Source: Eledone cirrhosa (lineage: Eukaryota). From it: DNA of 64,000 nt. Below the pieces are notes generated by a model. The model was not told the origin of the DNA. It was given only the letters and a program-made list of their open reading frames with translations, and did no database searches. Position numbers and translations under genes: made by a program. The stretch covers positions 298,158,001-298,222,000 of the forward strand of contig OZ024740.1 in NCBI GenBank assembly GCA_964016885.1. Direction: 5' to 3'. Shown piece by piece: positions 1-11,580 of the stretch (within the stretch, counting starts at the first letter, position 1; each line of letters begins with the position of its first letter).

Positions 1-590
1 ATATTATAATATGGGACAGGGAGAAGAAAGCATGCACAGTAGTGGAAATTAGCTGCCCAGCAGATGCCAATATAATATCAAAGATTAGCGAAAAGGAGAA
101 TATTTATGCAGAACTGATGAGAAATCTGCAGATACTCCACCCAGATTACACCTTCAGATTTATGCCTGTGATTATTGGGGCATTGGGGGTATGTTAGTAA
201 CTGCCTCAATACAAATCTTGAGAAGCTAGGCTTCACAGGAACAGAAAGAACACAACTAGTTAGGAAATTACAAGTACAATCCATTAATGGAACAGTAAAA
301 ATATGTAAAACATTCCAAAAATGTTGCATCTAATAACTGCATATACACATGTACAGATACAAAGCATATACACATGCACACATACAACTCAAAACATCCA
401 CATCCACACATACAACTCAAAACATCCACATCCACACATACAATAACATCCATATCTAGACATGCATGCATGCAAACATAATATACCTAGTTGATGTTGT
501 GTAAATTCCAATGAGAGAGTCTTGTGCCTATGTTAGAAACCGACTCTCTCTCTATTGGGAAAAAATTTGTGAAATTGTATTACCAGAAGA
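1..590 (+). mobile_element. 3' end of an R4/Dong-like non-LTR retrotransposon (restriction-like endonuclease C-terminus plus 3'UTR), frameshifted
   Basis: Frame from nt 3 reads IIIWDREKKACTVVEISCPADANIISKISEKENIYAELMRNL...FMPVIIGALG. After one frameshift it continues YVSNCLNTNLEKLG...KLQVQSINGTVKICKTF to a stop near 333. This fits the PD-(D/E)xK RLE tail pattern (IIIGALG). Confidence 0.75.
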
Positions 591-623
591 ACATACACAT
601 ATGCGTACATACATACACACGAA

Positions 624-750
624 TGTATGTATGTATGTATGTATGTATGTATGTATGTATGTATGTATGTATGTATGCATGCATGTATGTATGCATGTAT
701 ATATGCATGCGTGTATGAATGTATGCATGTATGTATATATGTATGTATGC
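624..750. repeat. (TATG)n microsatellite
   Basis: Direct tandem tetranucleotide repeat. Confidence 0.95.
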
Positions 751-937
751 TTTCTGTATATAGAATATATGTCAAGTAATTCAATCCTGAAGAACAAGGT
801 TAATGCTAAAAATACAACTTTAAAAACAAGAGGGTTTTGGCGCATGTGTCTGTCTGTAAGTCTTTGTAATATATATATAGCCACGTGAGCATGTATCTGT
901 GTGTCTGTCTGTGTGTGTGTGTATCTGTATACATGAA

Positions 938-1232
938 GGCGCGTGGCTTAGTGGTTAGGCTGTTCGAGATAAGGTCGTTAGATTGTGAGTTCAATTCCCG
1001 GTGACGCGTTTGCATTAAGCACAACACTTTATTTCATCGTGCTCTAGTTTAATCAGCTTGCAGTAATGACATGTATCTGTTAGATACTGTGATGCGTTGA
1101 ATATCCCTGAGAACTACGCTAAAAGTGTACGTGTCTAAAAATGCCCAGCAATTCCTATGTTAATTTCACGAGCATACTGTTCTGTTGTTCAAACAACTGG
1201 AACACCCACCGTCGAAACCGACGGAGATCCAA
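938..1232 (+). mobile_element. tRNA-derived SINE (family C)
   Basis: A-box TGGCTTAGTGG and B-box GTTCAATTCC. Body 'ccctgagaactac...' recurs near 17070-17300, 29720-29935, 39900-40235 and 45835-46190. Confidence 0.8.
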
Positions 1233-2274
1233 CACGGAGGGAAGCATTTTTACATGTTTGTGCGTGCATGTGTTTGTGGGTACTTTCGGGTCTCGAATAA
1301 TAACCCCACCCCCACCCTGCGCTTATTAATAATTTCAGATTTTCTCCACCCCCACCACCCGCGCTTATTCCAACCCCACACCTCCGTTTATCAAATTTTG
1401 CTAATCCATCTCTGGCGATAACATTGCAAATATGTTTTAAATATATACATAGATAACATTACAAATGCTTAAATAACATTATAAATTGCTCGCAATTCGT
1501 TCAGAAGAACATTATAAATATAATGTCTAAGCCGTGTATAAAAATATAATAATATAATTCATTGAACAAAAATAATAAAGGGAAGAAAAAAGAAGAAAAA
1601 AAAAGAAAAAAAAAGGGAACGGGGCAATTTACAACCAAGTGCGATAATCGACCGCACCTCACACCCTAGAAGTTAACTATGTACATGAGGCATTTCTGGC
1701 GAAATGTTGGGTTTTTTTTTTTAAATCGACGCAGAAAACCTAGAAAAATTGTAGTCTATAAATTGCGTTTCCTGGATTGTGAGAGTGGTGGTGTGTACGA
1801 GGACAGTGGTGCTGTTTTGCTTCTCATTTATAATATTTTTGATATTCTTGGTGTTTCTCCACACACGGGCTTCTATATCGTACAGGTGTGTGTGAATAAT
1901 GCCTTACCAGTTCAGCCCCCATGATGCTCTTGATTGCCTGCTTTGACTGCTTGTTTTACTTGTAACAATCTGCCGCACTATAATCTTGTATAAATAGGAC
2001 ACGCGTGCATGCCACACGTTTGACTGTTGCATACACTGGCTACTCCAAACTTTCCTTTTGCTTTATCTTAGTAGACTGCCAATGTTTTATTTTTATTTTT
2101 ATTTTAATTTTAACTTTAATTTTGTCCTTTAATATGACTGTAATCTTTGTATGTAAATGACCATGCTATATTATTATAATGGATGTCTACCCACTGTGGG
2201 TCAATATATACATATGTTTCTATATGTCTCTTGTGTTGAAAAGGAGGTCAAGTATGTTAAAAATCACTGAATAA

Positions 2275-2323
2275 TTGCTCCGAAGATTCCAAACCTCGGT
2301 TTGGAAGAAACAATTGTAAGCAA
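2275..2323 (+). ncRNA. Type I hammerhead ribozyme motif (Penelope-type), U4C core variant
   Basis: Stem I TTGCT/AGCAA; core CCGAAGA; 9-bp stem II TTCCAAACC-tc-GGTTTGGAA; GAAA; palindromic stem III CAATTG; GTA cleavage triplet. Confidence 0.75.
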
Positions 2324-2522
2324 ATAAATGATTTAAACAGAACTTTGTTTCATGTAATCTCTATATAACTGCTCTGTAAAACAACTGATGTTGTTACATT
2401 GAGCTATTTATCTTACTGGTAATAAGATAGTAATAAATTACTGTCTTTCACTATTTAGGGTATAATATATATATAACTATAAAAGGTTTTAGTATATACA
2501 TAACCATAAATAGTATCCTTAA

Positions 2523-2580
<58 letters not shown>

Positions 2581-2582
<2 letters not shown>

Positions 2583-2911
2583 CTTCAAAATATTAATAAA
2601 TATAGACATTCATGTGATCATATATATTTTATTATACATATTTCAGAGATACTGAGCTATTTCAACAGTACGTCCTCATCAGATAAAATAAGTTGCCTGA
2701 CATACCTTGACTGTGATGATGGTTATAATTTAGTCATGGCAGTAACTTATAACAATTAAATTATAACCATCAACATAGTCAAGGTATGTCAGGCATCAAC
2801 TTATTTTATTTGATGAGGACGTACTGTTGAAATAGCTCAGTATCTCTGAAATATGTATAATAAAATATATTTGATCACATGAATGTCTATATTTATTAAT
2901 ATTTTGAAGTA
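2581..2911. repeat. Long inverted repeat (~152-bp arms, 24-nt loop) with a hammerhead-like core; probable inverted Penelope pLTR
   Basis: 2581-2732 is the near-perfect reverse complement of 2757-2911. Arms contain CTGATGAGGACGTACTGTTGAAATAGCTC. Flanked by (TA)n. Confidence 0.85.
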
Positions 2912-3312
2912 ATATTAATAACTCCAGAAAACCTCTTTGTAGAGTGCTTATAATCTATTGTTAAACTTTATTCATTGATGAATTCATTGAACCTTGTTAA
3001 ACTTTTAATCATAATTATATATAATTATATATATATATATATATAAAAGAAAATTTCGCATGCCAACACAAGAGCAAGAATGAAGTGTTCATTCTACTGA
3101 CATGGCTATAAAATTGAGGCTTGTTTGCATAATTGCAAACGAATCGAGTGTTATTACTAATGGCCCTTTATGGTCTGAGTTCAAATCCCGCCGAAGTCAA
3201 CTTTGCCTTTCATCCTTACGAGGTCGATAAAATAAAGTACCAGTAATGCACTGAGATAATTGCTGGCCTTGTGCCAAAAAGTAGAAACAAGTATTAATAT
3301 TCGAAAAACTCA

Positions 3313-3314
<2 letters not shown>

Positions 3315-3385
<71 letters not shown>
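3315..3385. repeat. (TG)n microsatellite at the tail of a SINE B fragment (~3130-3300)
   Basis: Tandem TG preceded by 'gagttcaaatcccgccgaagtcaactttgcc...', the SINE B body. Confidence 0.9.
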
Positions 3386-3386
<1 letters not shown>

Positions 3387-3735
3387 GCATACTTACTTTT
3401 ATGTATCAGCTGTGCTAGAGCGAGAAATATAATTCTTATTTTATTTTTAATATTCGGCAAAGCCAGCCGCAACTAGCTCAGTATGTAAACGAGGCTACTC
3501 AGTCGATGTATAGTTAAGAAAATACTATATATTTTCAACCGTTCAACACATTGGCTGAGAGGTATACTGTCCTGATGAAGAGTAATGACCCAGAAACATG
3601 TTGATTGTTCCTCAAAGCCAGTGTTGAACAAACAGGTGACGACCGGTCACCGGCACGACACAACTTCTAATCGGGCTCGTTTGTTTACAAATGAATCGAA
3701 CATTATTATCAACGTTCGATATAACCCATACGTCA

Positions 3736-3829
<94 letters not shown>

Positions 3830-3832
<3 letters not shown>

Positions 3833-4341
3833 GTGACTTTGGACATCCTGCAGGACTAAAAACAAAACCTGTCAAAGGGCAAAGGAGCTCTTAAGAGTCA
3901 ATGGCCATCCAAAATCACCGGGAGAGATGACCCCTTAGCCTTTGTCAAGGCAGAATTCTAGGAGAAGGAAAACTCTGATATAACACCTGCAACCCTGCTG
4001 GTATCCAATGATGTTGACTTGTTCTTCTTTTTGGTAAATATCATCTTGGTTAATATCATCTTGGTTAAGAGAGTGGGACTGGCTTTGTGCAGTGCCTTTG
4101 CTCACTATAAAAGCTTCACGGCACAGGCATTGCTTTATATCTGGAGATCTCTCTGCACTTGTCGTCACATGGTACCATGGGCCCAGCACTATGTGTCAAT
4201 AATTGTCACAAGTGTAGTGTTTGTACCAGAGTTTTCAAGTCGCTGGCTGGACTAAAAAGTCACACTCGTTCAGCGCATCGGTAGGGGTTCTTCTACATGG
4301 ATATAAAGTAGTGGCCGTACTCGAAAACGAGTTGGCAGCCA

Positions 4342-4345
<4 letters not shown>
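3830..4345. mobile_element. Probable non-autonomous RTE-related insertion within a (TA)n tract
   Basis: Bounded on both sides by (TA)n. Contains 'ctaggagaaggaaaactctga', resembling RTE 5'UTR motifs. No ORF homology recognised. Confidence 0.35.
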
Positions 4346-4394
<49 letters not shown>

Positions 4395-4557
4395 AAGTAT
4401 TTCCATGGAAAAAGTAAAAGAAAGAAGAATGCTCTATGTATAGTACAAAGCTATTTATTAAACAACACAATATAATTATTCCTTCTGATGAGCGATATCA
4501 GACGTTTCTGTTAGAATCGTCTAACTTCGTGAAACCGAAATTGCGTTGTTTATTACA

Positions 4558-5503
4558 TCTATATATATAAAACTGTGGTTGTCTGTCTATCGATTTTTGG
4601 CACACATCTCCTCTTAGAATCTCTCACGGAATTGCACCGAAATTGCTATACTTGTACATTGAGCCCTAGCGAAGACATCGGAAAAAAAAATTTCAAATTG
4701 ACCCACCCTATGTGACGAAATCGAATATAATGTATCGATTTTTGAGCGTAAGTTATCAGTTATTTCCTTTTGTTCTGTTTACATTGAGCGTCTTACGTAA
4801 AAAATTACGCTGGCTTTAACAGTTGTCGAGCCAGCAAAATATTGACCGGCAAAATTCATCAGTTCGAACACTAAGCTTCCGTTTTGCTTCATTTCCATTT
4901 AAAAGCATTTTAAAACAATATTTTTACTTGAAAACAAGTCTATTTAAAGACTACGTAAAACAAGCAAATATTTCGTCGTTAGGCGTGCAGACAGACAGTC
5001 GTGCAGACAGACAGTCGTGCAGAGAGGTGATATACGCGTGCAGACAGATAGTCGTGCAGAGAGGTGATATAGGCGTGCAGACAGACAGTTGTGCAGAGAG
5101 GTGATATAGGCGTGCAGACAGACAGTCGTGCAGAGAGGTGATATAGGCGTGCAGACAGACAGTCGTGCAGAGAGGTGATATAGGCGTGCAGACAGACATA
5201 ACTGATAATTTGGTTACGCTAATGTTTTTCTCTGCGTTGCAGTGTTTACATTTTCGATCTTTGTTAATAAATAACCAGTGCAGTTTCTATCCCCAGCATC
5301 CTCTTTTGTTATAACATTCGGGTTATCGTTATGTTTTCTTAACTTCATAAGGCATATTGTTGGTTGAGGGAATATTAATCAAAAACACCACATGCAAGTC
5401 TGCACAGTAGACACTACAGTTTTTAAGCCAAGAAAGAAACTTAACATTGTAACTTTAACACAGCTACTGAGCGACCCCGAGCAACGCCGGGCTTTACTGC
5501 TAG
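4558..5503 (+). mobile_element. Non-autonomous Helitron with internal 37-bp minisatellite
   Basis: A|TCTATATATATAAAACTG 5' end; 3' hairpin CCCGAGCAACGCCGGG then CTAG|T; inserted between A and T with no TSD. Confidence 0.85.
4980..5197. repeat. 37-bp minisatellite (ataggcgtgcagacagacagtcgtgcagagaggtgat), about 5-6 copies
   Basis: Period 37, e.g. gtgatatagg at 5101 and 5138. Confidence 0.9.
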
Positions 5504-5516
5504 TTATATATATATG

Positions 5517-5668
<152 letters not shown>

Positions 5669-5738
5669 CGCGTATGCATACTTATATGGTCTCAGCGGGA
5701 TGGCTGGAACAGGTAAAAGAGAGTATATATAGATATAA

Positions 5739-5935
5739 GAAAATGTATGACCCCGACGGCAGAGCTCAAGCCGTTTCGACGGCTATTTCTGTACTCCAGA
5801 AATAACCGTCGAAACGGCTTGAGATCTGCCGTAGGGGCCATACATTTTCCTATTATCCACTCTACTACCCTAAGTATTGAGTACTCTGGTACGTTATGGT
5901 CCATCTGGTTCCTTACCACAACTCCTTCGTTATAT
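5739..5935 (+). mobile_element. Penelope-like pLTR fragment with 111-bp palindrome containing a half hammerhead
   Basis: 5739-5849 is palindromic around 5794 and contains GAAA-CGGC-ttgagatct-GCCG-TA. A second copy lies at 58023-58185. Confidence 0.65.
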
Positions 5936-5940
5936 ATATA

Positions 5941-6585
5941 TATAGACACATTTTTCAAATGCAGGTGGGTTCCATAGAAGTGGTTGATAGCTTCCGGTAC
6001 CTAGGTGATCATATTAGCATCGGAGGGGGGGGGGGGTCTGAGGCCATAGTATCTAGAATAAGGACGGGTTGGAAGAAGTTTAGGGAGCTGCTTCCTCTGT
6101 TGACAAAGAATGGTTTCTCCCTGCGTACGAAAGGCAGGTTATATGATGCCTGTGTGAGATGCGCAATGCTGCATGGTAGTGAGACATGGGCAGCAACTGC
6201 AGAGGATATGCGACAGCTGGAGAGAAATGAAGCAAGCTGCTCCGTTGGATGTGCAATGTCAATGTGCGTGAACGACCAAGTATAGATGAGTTTAGAGAGA
6301 AACTGTTGAGGGGTAAGTTGTGGAGTGCGGGAGAGAAGACTGAGATGGTATGGACTTGTGATGCGCATGGAGGATGACCGCTGGGGAAAGAAGTGCCAAG
6401 AAATCCCAGTAAAAGGAAGACCACGAAAAACATGAGCGGGGGTGGTGAGAGCAGACCTCAGATCGCTGAAGCTCGCGGAGGAGATGACAATGGACTGTGG
6501 CAAGTGGAGAGATGCTGTGCTGAATAGGACTCGTCCCACCCTTGCAAACAGGGAAAAGCGGACGTAAAATGATGATGATGATGAT
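5941..6585 (+). mobile_element. 5'-truncated RTE LINE (family 1)
   Basis: IEVVDSFRYLGD...RIRTGWKKFRELLPLL...YDACVRCAMLHGSETWA; (GAT)n tail; near-identical to the 3' part of the 58190-61470 element. Confidence 0.9.
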
Positions 6586-6877
6586 ATATATATAATAAGG
6601 AGTTGACGGACCCAGCATATTTATCAATGCCAGGACCTCAGCGTACTCAATAGGTAATGTAGAATACATTCCCAGAGTATACACATAGTTATTCGCTTCA
6701 ATACAACACACGTAAACGGGTGCCTATAGTAGGTCCCGGATTCGAGTTTCGGCCACACTTAATGCAGCAGTAGGATGCACTGCATCCTCCCATCAAAATT
6801 ACTCAGCCAACGTGTCTCAAACACAAATTAATACACAACTCACTGATTCTGTCTCTCTCACTCACACACTCACACAC

Positions 6878-6909
<32 letters not shown>

Positions 6910-7207
6910 TTTCTCCCCCTCATGCCTTCTTAATACTTCTTCCTTCCTGTCACATACATACACAAGGACCAATGCCAATCCTTTTACATTAAAATGTACT
7001 TAACAAAGGAATGCCGCAATAACAACATCCTCTCCGTGTCTTTCACATTTATAATGACGGTGTATGCCGAACCGAGAGACAGCGATTCGAGTACTAACTC
7101 ACTCTATCTTGAGGTATGTGTTAACCTACGACAATGATCAATGTATACTAAGTTTGTAGAGGACATGAATCTTCCTCACTGGTCAGGACCTCATAAACTT
7201 CTTCCAG

Positions 7208-7616
7208 TACTCTCGGGTCCCAAATAATGGGGGGGATATACGGAGGAGATGGAATAAATGGGGGGGGGGTTGAATAAGCGGCGGGGAGGAGGTTGGAATA
7301 AGAGGAGGCGGGGAATCGGTAATTTTTCCAGATTGTCTCTGTTGATATTTTTAAAAACCAGAATTAGTCGTTTAGTTTACATATTGAGACCCCAACCCAT
7401 CCTATTTATTTTATAACTTTTTTTTGTCATGTATAATGTTTTTTAATGTATACAGAAAATTAATTATCGCAGGAATAATAAAATTTTGCCGGGAATAGAT
7501 TAGCAAAATTAAATTTAATAAGCGGGGTGGAAGAGAATAAGAGTGGGGGTGGTGGAGAAATTTGAAAAATTAATAAGTGGGGCGGGGGGGGGTGCATTAT
7601 TCGAGACTCTTGAGTA
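7208..7616. mobile_element. TA-flanked MITE with G-rich subterminal tracts (Tc1/mariner-type)
   Basis: Terminal inverted repeats TACTCTCGGGTCCCAAATAA ... TTATTCGAGACTCTTGAGTA. Further copies or fragments near 1281, 12181-12517, 15586-15890, 16403-16870, 40335-40620 and 52880-53110. Confidence 0.75.
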
Positions 7617-7669
7617 CCGCCTTAAGAAGAAATGACGTGGGGGGGGGGGGGGTAGAGATGGAGGTACTG

Positions 7670-8010
7670 CCTACTAATGTGTTTTATGAAAGATGGATGA
7701 ATGTGGCGAGATAGACGAGGTTGAATGGGATCACTAATCTTTTCTATGAAGGAGGAAAGAAACCGAGATTGTGTATAAGGTTTACCTCTTTTTGTAAAAC
7801 CATTCCTTGTTGATATTTGTTATTGTTTTGTATTATCATGACTCTTTATTACAAGTATTGTTATTGATATATCAACTGTTTTCTCTTTGTTGATGTCCTC
7901 CTTTCCTTATTCGATCTAAACCCTCTCCGTGTTGTTTATTTTTCGTCTGTGGATTGTTCCCCCAATATCTAGAGTTTCTGTGCCCAATAAAAGAAATAAT
8001 TATTTAATTA
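7670..8010 (+). mobile_element. Possible L1/Tx1-like LINE 3' end
   Basis: Short FYERWMNVAR-like peptide, T-rich 3'UTR, AATAAA and A-rich tail. A similar tail occurs near 19400-19640. Confidence 0.35.
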
Positions 8011-8073
8011 CAGATGCGCGAGGCTGCACCCAACACCTGTAACGCAGGGTTAGGTTCGCATTATATTTTAGTA

Positions 8074-8520
8074 GGCGGCGAATTAGCAGTCGTTGGAATA
8101 TAGGAGAGAGTGCTTTGCCGCATTAGTTTCGGCTCTCTGAGTTCAAATTCCGCCGAGAACAACTTTGCCTTTCATCCATTTAAGGTCGATAAAAAAAAGT
8201 CCCAGTGTAGTACAGGGGTCGATTCTTCCTCTACATCTTTTTCTCACTTCCTTTCTCTCGCTTTCTATCCTTCTCTGAAAGAAATCTGTTGAGAGATGGG
8301 CTCCGCCAGGTTTAAAAAGTAAATAATTGTTTCTACTTTTGGCACAAGGCCAGCAATTACCCAGTGTATTACTGGTAGTTTATTTTATCGACCCCGTAAG
8401 GATGAAAGGCAAAGTTAACCTCGGCGGGATTTGAACTCAGAATGGCAAGGGCCGTAACTCTATACGTCAAAGCATGGCGTCCGACCCTCTACCGATACTG
8501 CCAATCCACTGCCCCTTTTC
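8074..8520. mobile_element. Two tail-to-tail tRNA-derived SINE B copies
   Basis: B-box GTTCAAAT(T/C)CC and body 'aactttgcctttcatcc...gtcgataaaa'. One copy + (8074-8315), one - (8320-8520). More than 15 related copies occur across the window. Confidence 0.8.
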
Positions 8521-8899
8521 GGAATAATACCGAACAACGTACTGCTGGTCACTCCTTCCTCCAAAAGCCGTACAAAGCAGACATGTGCATCGGATATCAG
8601 ATGGATCGGGTGCAAATCTACGCCAGGCCTACGCGAGATATTCGCAAGGGACTGCATCGAGAGGGATAGAGAGAAAGAGTAACTTAGTGGAAAGAGTGCG
8701 AATGAACTTTTGAGGTAAGTAGCCTACGCCTTATTGCTATGACACTGGAATCTTCTGCCAACTTAATTTGTGAATTTCTCTTTCACATTTACCCCAAAAG
8801 GCCAAAACAGAGGAGTATGAAAAGAAGGGCCTCAACAATATTTCTATACAGGCACTCACAAATAAACGTTTCTCATTAGAGGTGCTATTTCCAATGTTT

Positions 8900-8930
8900 T
8901 GACCTGTGCAATGCCGGGATTCACTGCTAG
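8900..8930 (+). mobile_element. Helitron 3' terminus (5' end not identified)
   Basis: CCTGTGCAATGCCGGG hairpin followed by CTAG|T, resembling 5476-5503. Confidence 0.55.
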
Positions 8931-8988
8931 TATATTACAAATTATTATATAATACAAATTATTAGATATGTGTGTATGTGTGTGTGTG

Positions 8989-9095
<107 letters not shown>

Positions 9096-9149
9096 TTTGT
9101 GCATATATATATAAAGCATATAATGTTTAGGAAAAAGTACATACAGTAA

Positions 9150-9425
9150 TCATAAGTAGGGATGTAGTCGTAAAGTTAAACTCGTTATCTTCAATTCGGT
9201 CTTCGTGCCAACCCTTACCTATGGCCATGAATCGATAGCGAATAAGCAGCCGAAATGGAGTTCCTCTGAAGGGTCTTTGGAGTAACGTTACTCGATAAAG
9301 TGCGTAGCTCGGAGATCAGAGATTCACTCCAGATAGAGCCGCTATTTCTCTGAATTGAGAGATCACAGCTCCAATACTATAGGCATGTGATTAGAATGTC
9401 TCAGGAAAGAATTGCTGGATAGATT
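9150..9425 (+). mobile_element. Degenerate RTE (Expander-like) LINE C-terminal fragment
   Basis: RKVKLVIFNSVFVPTLTYGHES...AAEMEFL...DKVRSSEIRDSLQIEPL...IERSQL...HVIRM, with stops. Confidence 0.7.
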
Positions 9426-9427
9426 CA

Positions 9428-10870
9428 GGGAGCTGCTGAACCACCCCACTCCTAAGTACCACCAGATATCCCACCGCAGAGGACTCAACTACCTGTCAAC
9501 TGTGACACATCTTCAAAGGTAGAGATCAAGAAAGCCATCCTGATACTAAAAAATGGGGAAAGCTGGATGAAATACTAGCAGAAGCCATCAAAGCAGACAC
9601 AGAGACAGCTGTTAACATGCTACACAGCCTCTTCAGTAAGATCTGGGAGAAGGAAGATGTCCCGACCAGTGGAAGGAAGGAATCATCATCAAACTGGCGA
9701 AGAAGGGTGACCTCAGGGACTGCAGCAACTATATAGAGAGATCATGCTACTGTCAGTGCTGCGCAAGGTTTTTAATAGACTACTCCTGGAAATGATAAGG
9801 CTGGCAGTCGTCCCCAGCATTCGGGATCAGTAGGTGGGATTCCGCAGGAACAGATCCTGTACTGATCAGATCACCAGCCTATGCATCATTGTGGTGCAGT
9901 CACTGGAGTGGAAATTCCCCCATCTACATCAACTTCATAGACTACGAGAAAACGTTCGACAGTGTGGACAGAGAGATACTTACCAAGACATGACCTGTAA
10001 GATCGTTCAGGGAGTCTCGAGTGAAAAACCGAAGTTCGTCAGGGGTGCTTATTATCACCGTTCCTGGTCATTGACTGCATAATGAAGACCACTACAACAG
10101 ACAGGAACATTGTTATACAGTAGACACCCGAGACACAACTGGATGACCTCGATTTTGCTGATGACCTGGCATTCTTGTCTCACTGTTACGACTGTATACA
10201 GGACAAGACCTTACGTATGGCGACCATGTTAGCCGAGACAGGGCTCGAGATAAGGAGAAAAAAACGAGCTGATGAAGATCAACACCAATGCCAACACACC
10301 AGTCACAGTCGGTGGAGAGCTCATCAGAAAGTGGAGTCATTTTTCTACTGGGAAGTGTGGTTGACTGACGTGAGAGATCCAACCGAGACATCACAGCCAA
10401 GATTGGCAAGGTGAGAGCAGCTTTCATCATGCTAAAGAACGTCTAAGCATCAAACGAGATCTGTCCAAGAACTGAAATGTGTATCTTCAACTCCAATGTG
10501 AAAGCGGGTACTGTTGTACGGATGTGAAACTTGGAGGATAACAAAGAAGATGCAGGAGAAGATCTAGACATTCTACACCACGTGTCTGAGACACATCTAC
10601 AACATCAAATGGCTGGAGAAGATCAGAAACGAAGATCTATGGGAGGGAGCGGGACATGAACCAGTGGCAAAACAGATTCTGCAGAGGAAGTGGAGCTAGA
10701 TTGGACATACCCTCAGAAAACCAACATCCAACACCACACGCTAAGCCCTGACCTGTAACCTGCAGGATAAGAGGAATAGAGAGAGGTCGGCCCCGCTGCA
10801 GTTGGGAGGCGTAACACTGAGGCTGAATTAAGAAAACTGGCAGCCAACTAGAGTAGTCCTGTTCCAAGGC
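9428..10870 (+). mobile_element. Degenerate RTE-clade LINE (RT to C-terminus), a distinct family
   Basis: EIKKAI.ILKNG, GFRRNRSCTDQI, LDDLDFADDLA and RRKWS.IGHTLRKP motifs with many frameshifts. Confidence 0.8.
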
Positions 10871-11289
10871 ATTCCATCTTTCTCTAATAATAATTGTTTC
10901 TGCTTTAGGCACAAGGCCAGCAATTTAAGGGGTGGGTCGATTAAATCGACACCAGTACATTACTGGTACTTTATTTTATCAACCTCCGTAAGGATGAAAG
11001 GCAAAGCTAACCTCGGCGGTCATAACTCTATGCTGCAAAGCATGGTGTCTGACGCTTTTTTAATAATAATTGCGTCTACTTTTGGTACAAGGCCAGCAAT
11101 TAACTAGTACATTACTGGTACTTTATTTTATCGACCCCGTAAGGATGAAAGGCAAAGTTAACCTTGGCGGGATTTGAACTCAGACCATAAAGGGCCGTAA
11201 CTTTAATAATAATGAAAATTGTTGTGTACAATGAAACCTAATATAGCATTATACAATAAGAATGAACACCGTGTTATTCAAATACCCTC

Positions 11290-11580
11290 TCCAAGTACCA
11301 GTCGCTCTCCGACAGGTTTCAGTCGAGACTCATGCTGTCCTTGGCTCTAGGGCTACCTCCCTATACACCGCCATTGGCGCTGAGTTGGCTAACCGCAGGT
11401 GTGAGCCTCGCGAGCTGGAATCGCTCTTCCAGCGCATCTCCCTTACCATCCTCCAGGGAAACGCCTTCACCATTCTGTCTGCCGGGGCCGTGGGGCAGCC
11501 AGCACGTGGGACCCCATTTGCTCATAATACAGAGAGATGCGGAGGGCGAGAAAGATGGAGGCGATGACATGGGATTTCGG
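11290..11580 (+). mobile_element. CRE-clade LINE 3' end (RLE C-terminus)
   Basis: VETHAVLG...RRCEPRELESLFQRISLTILQGNAFTIL. Homologous to 18320-18690, 13499-13567, 41380-41860 and 56410-56620. Confidence 0.75.
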
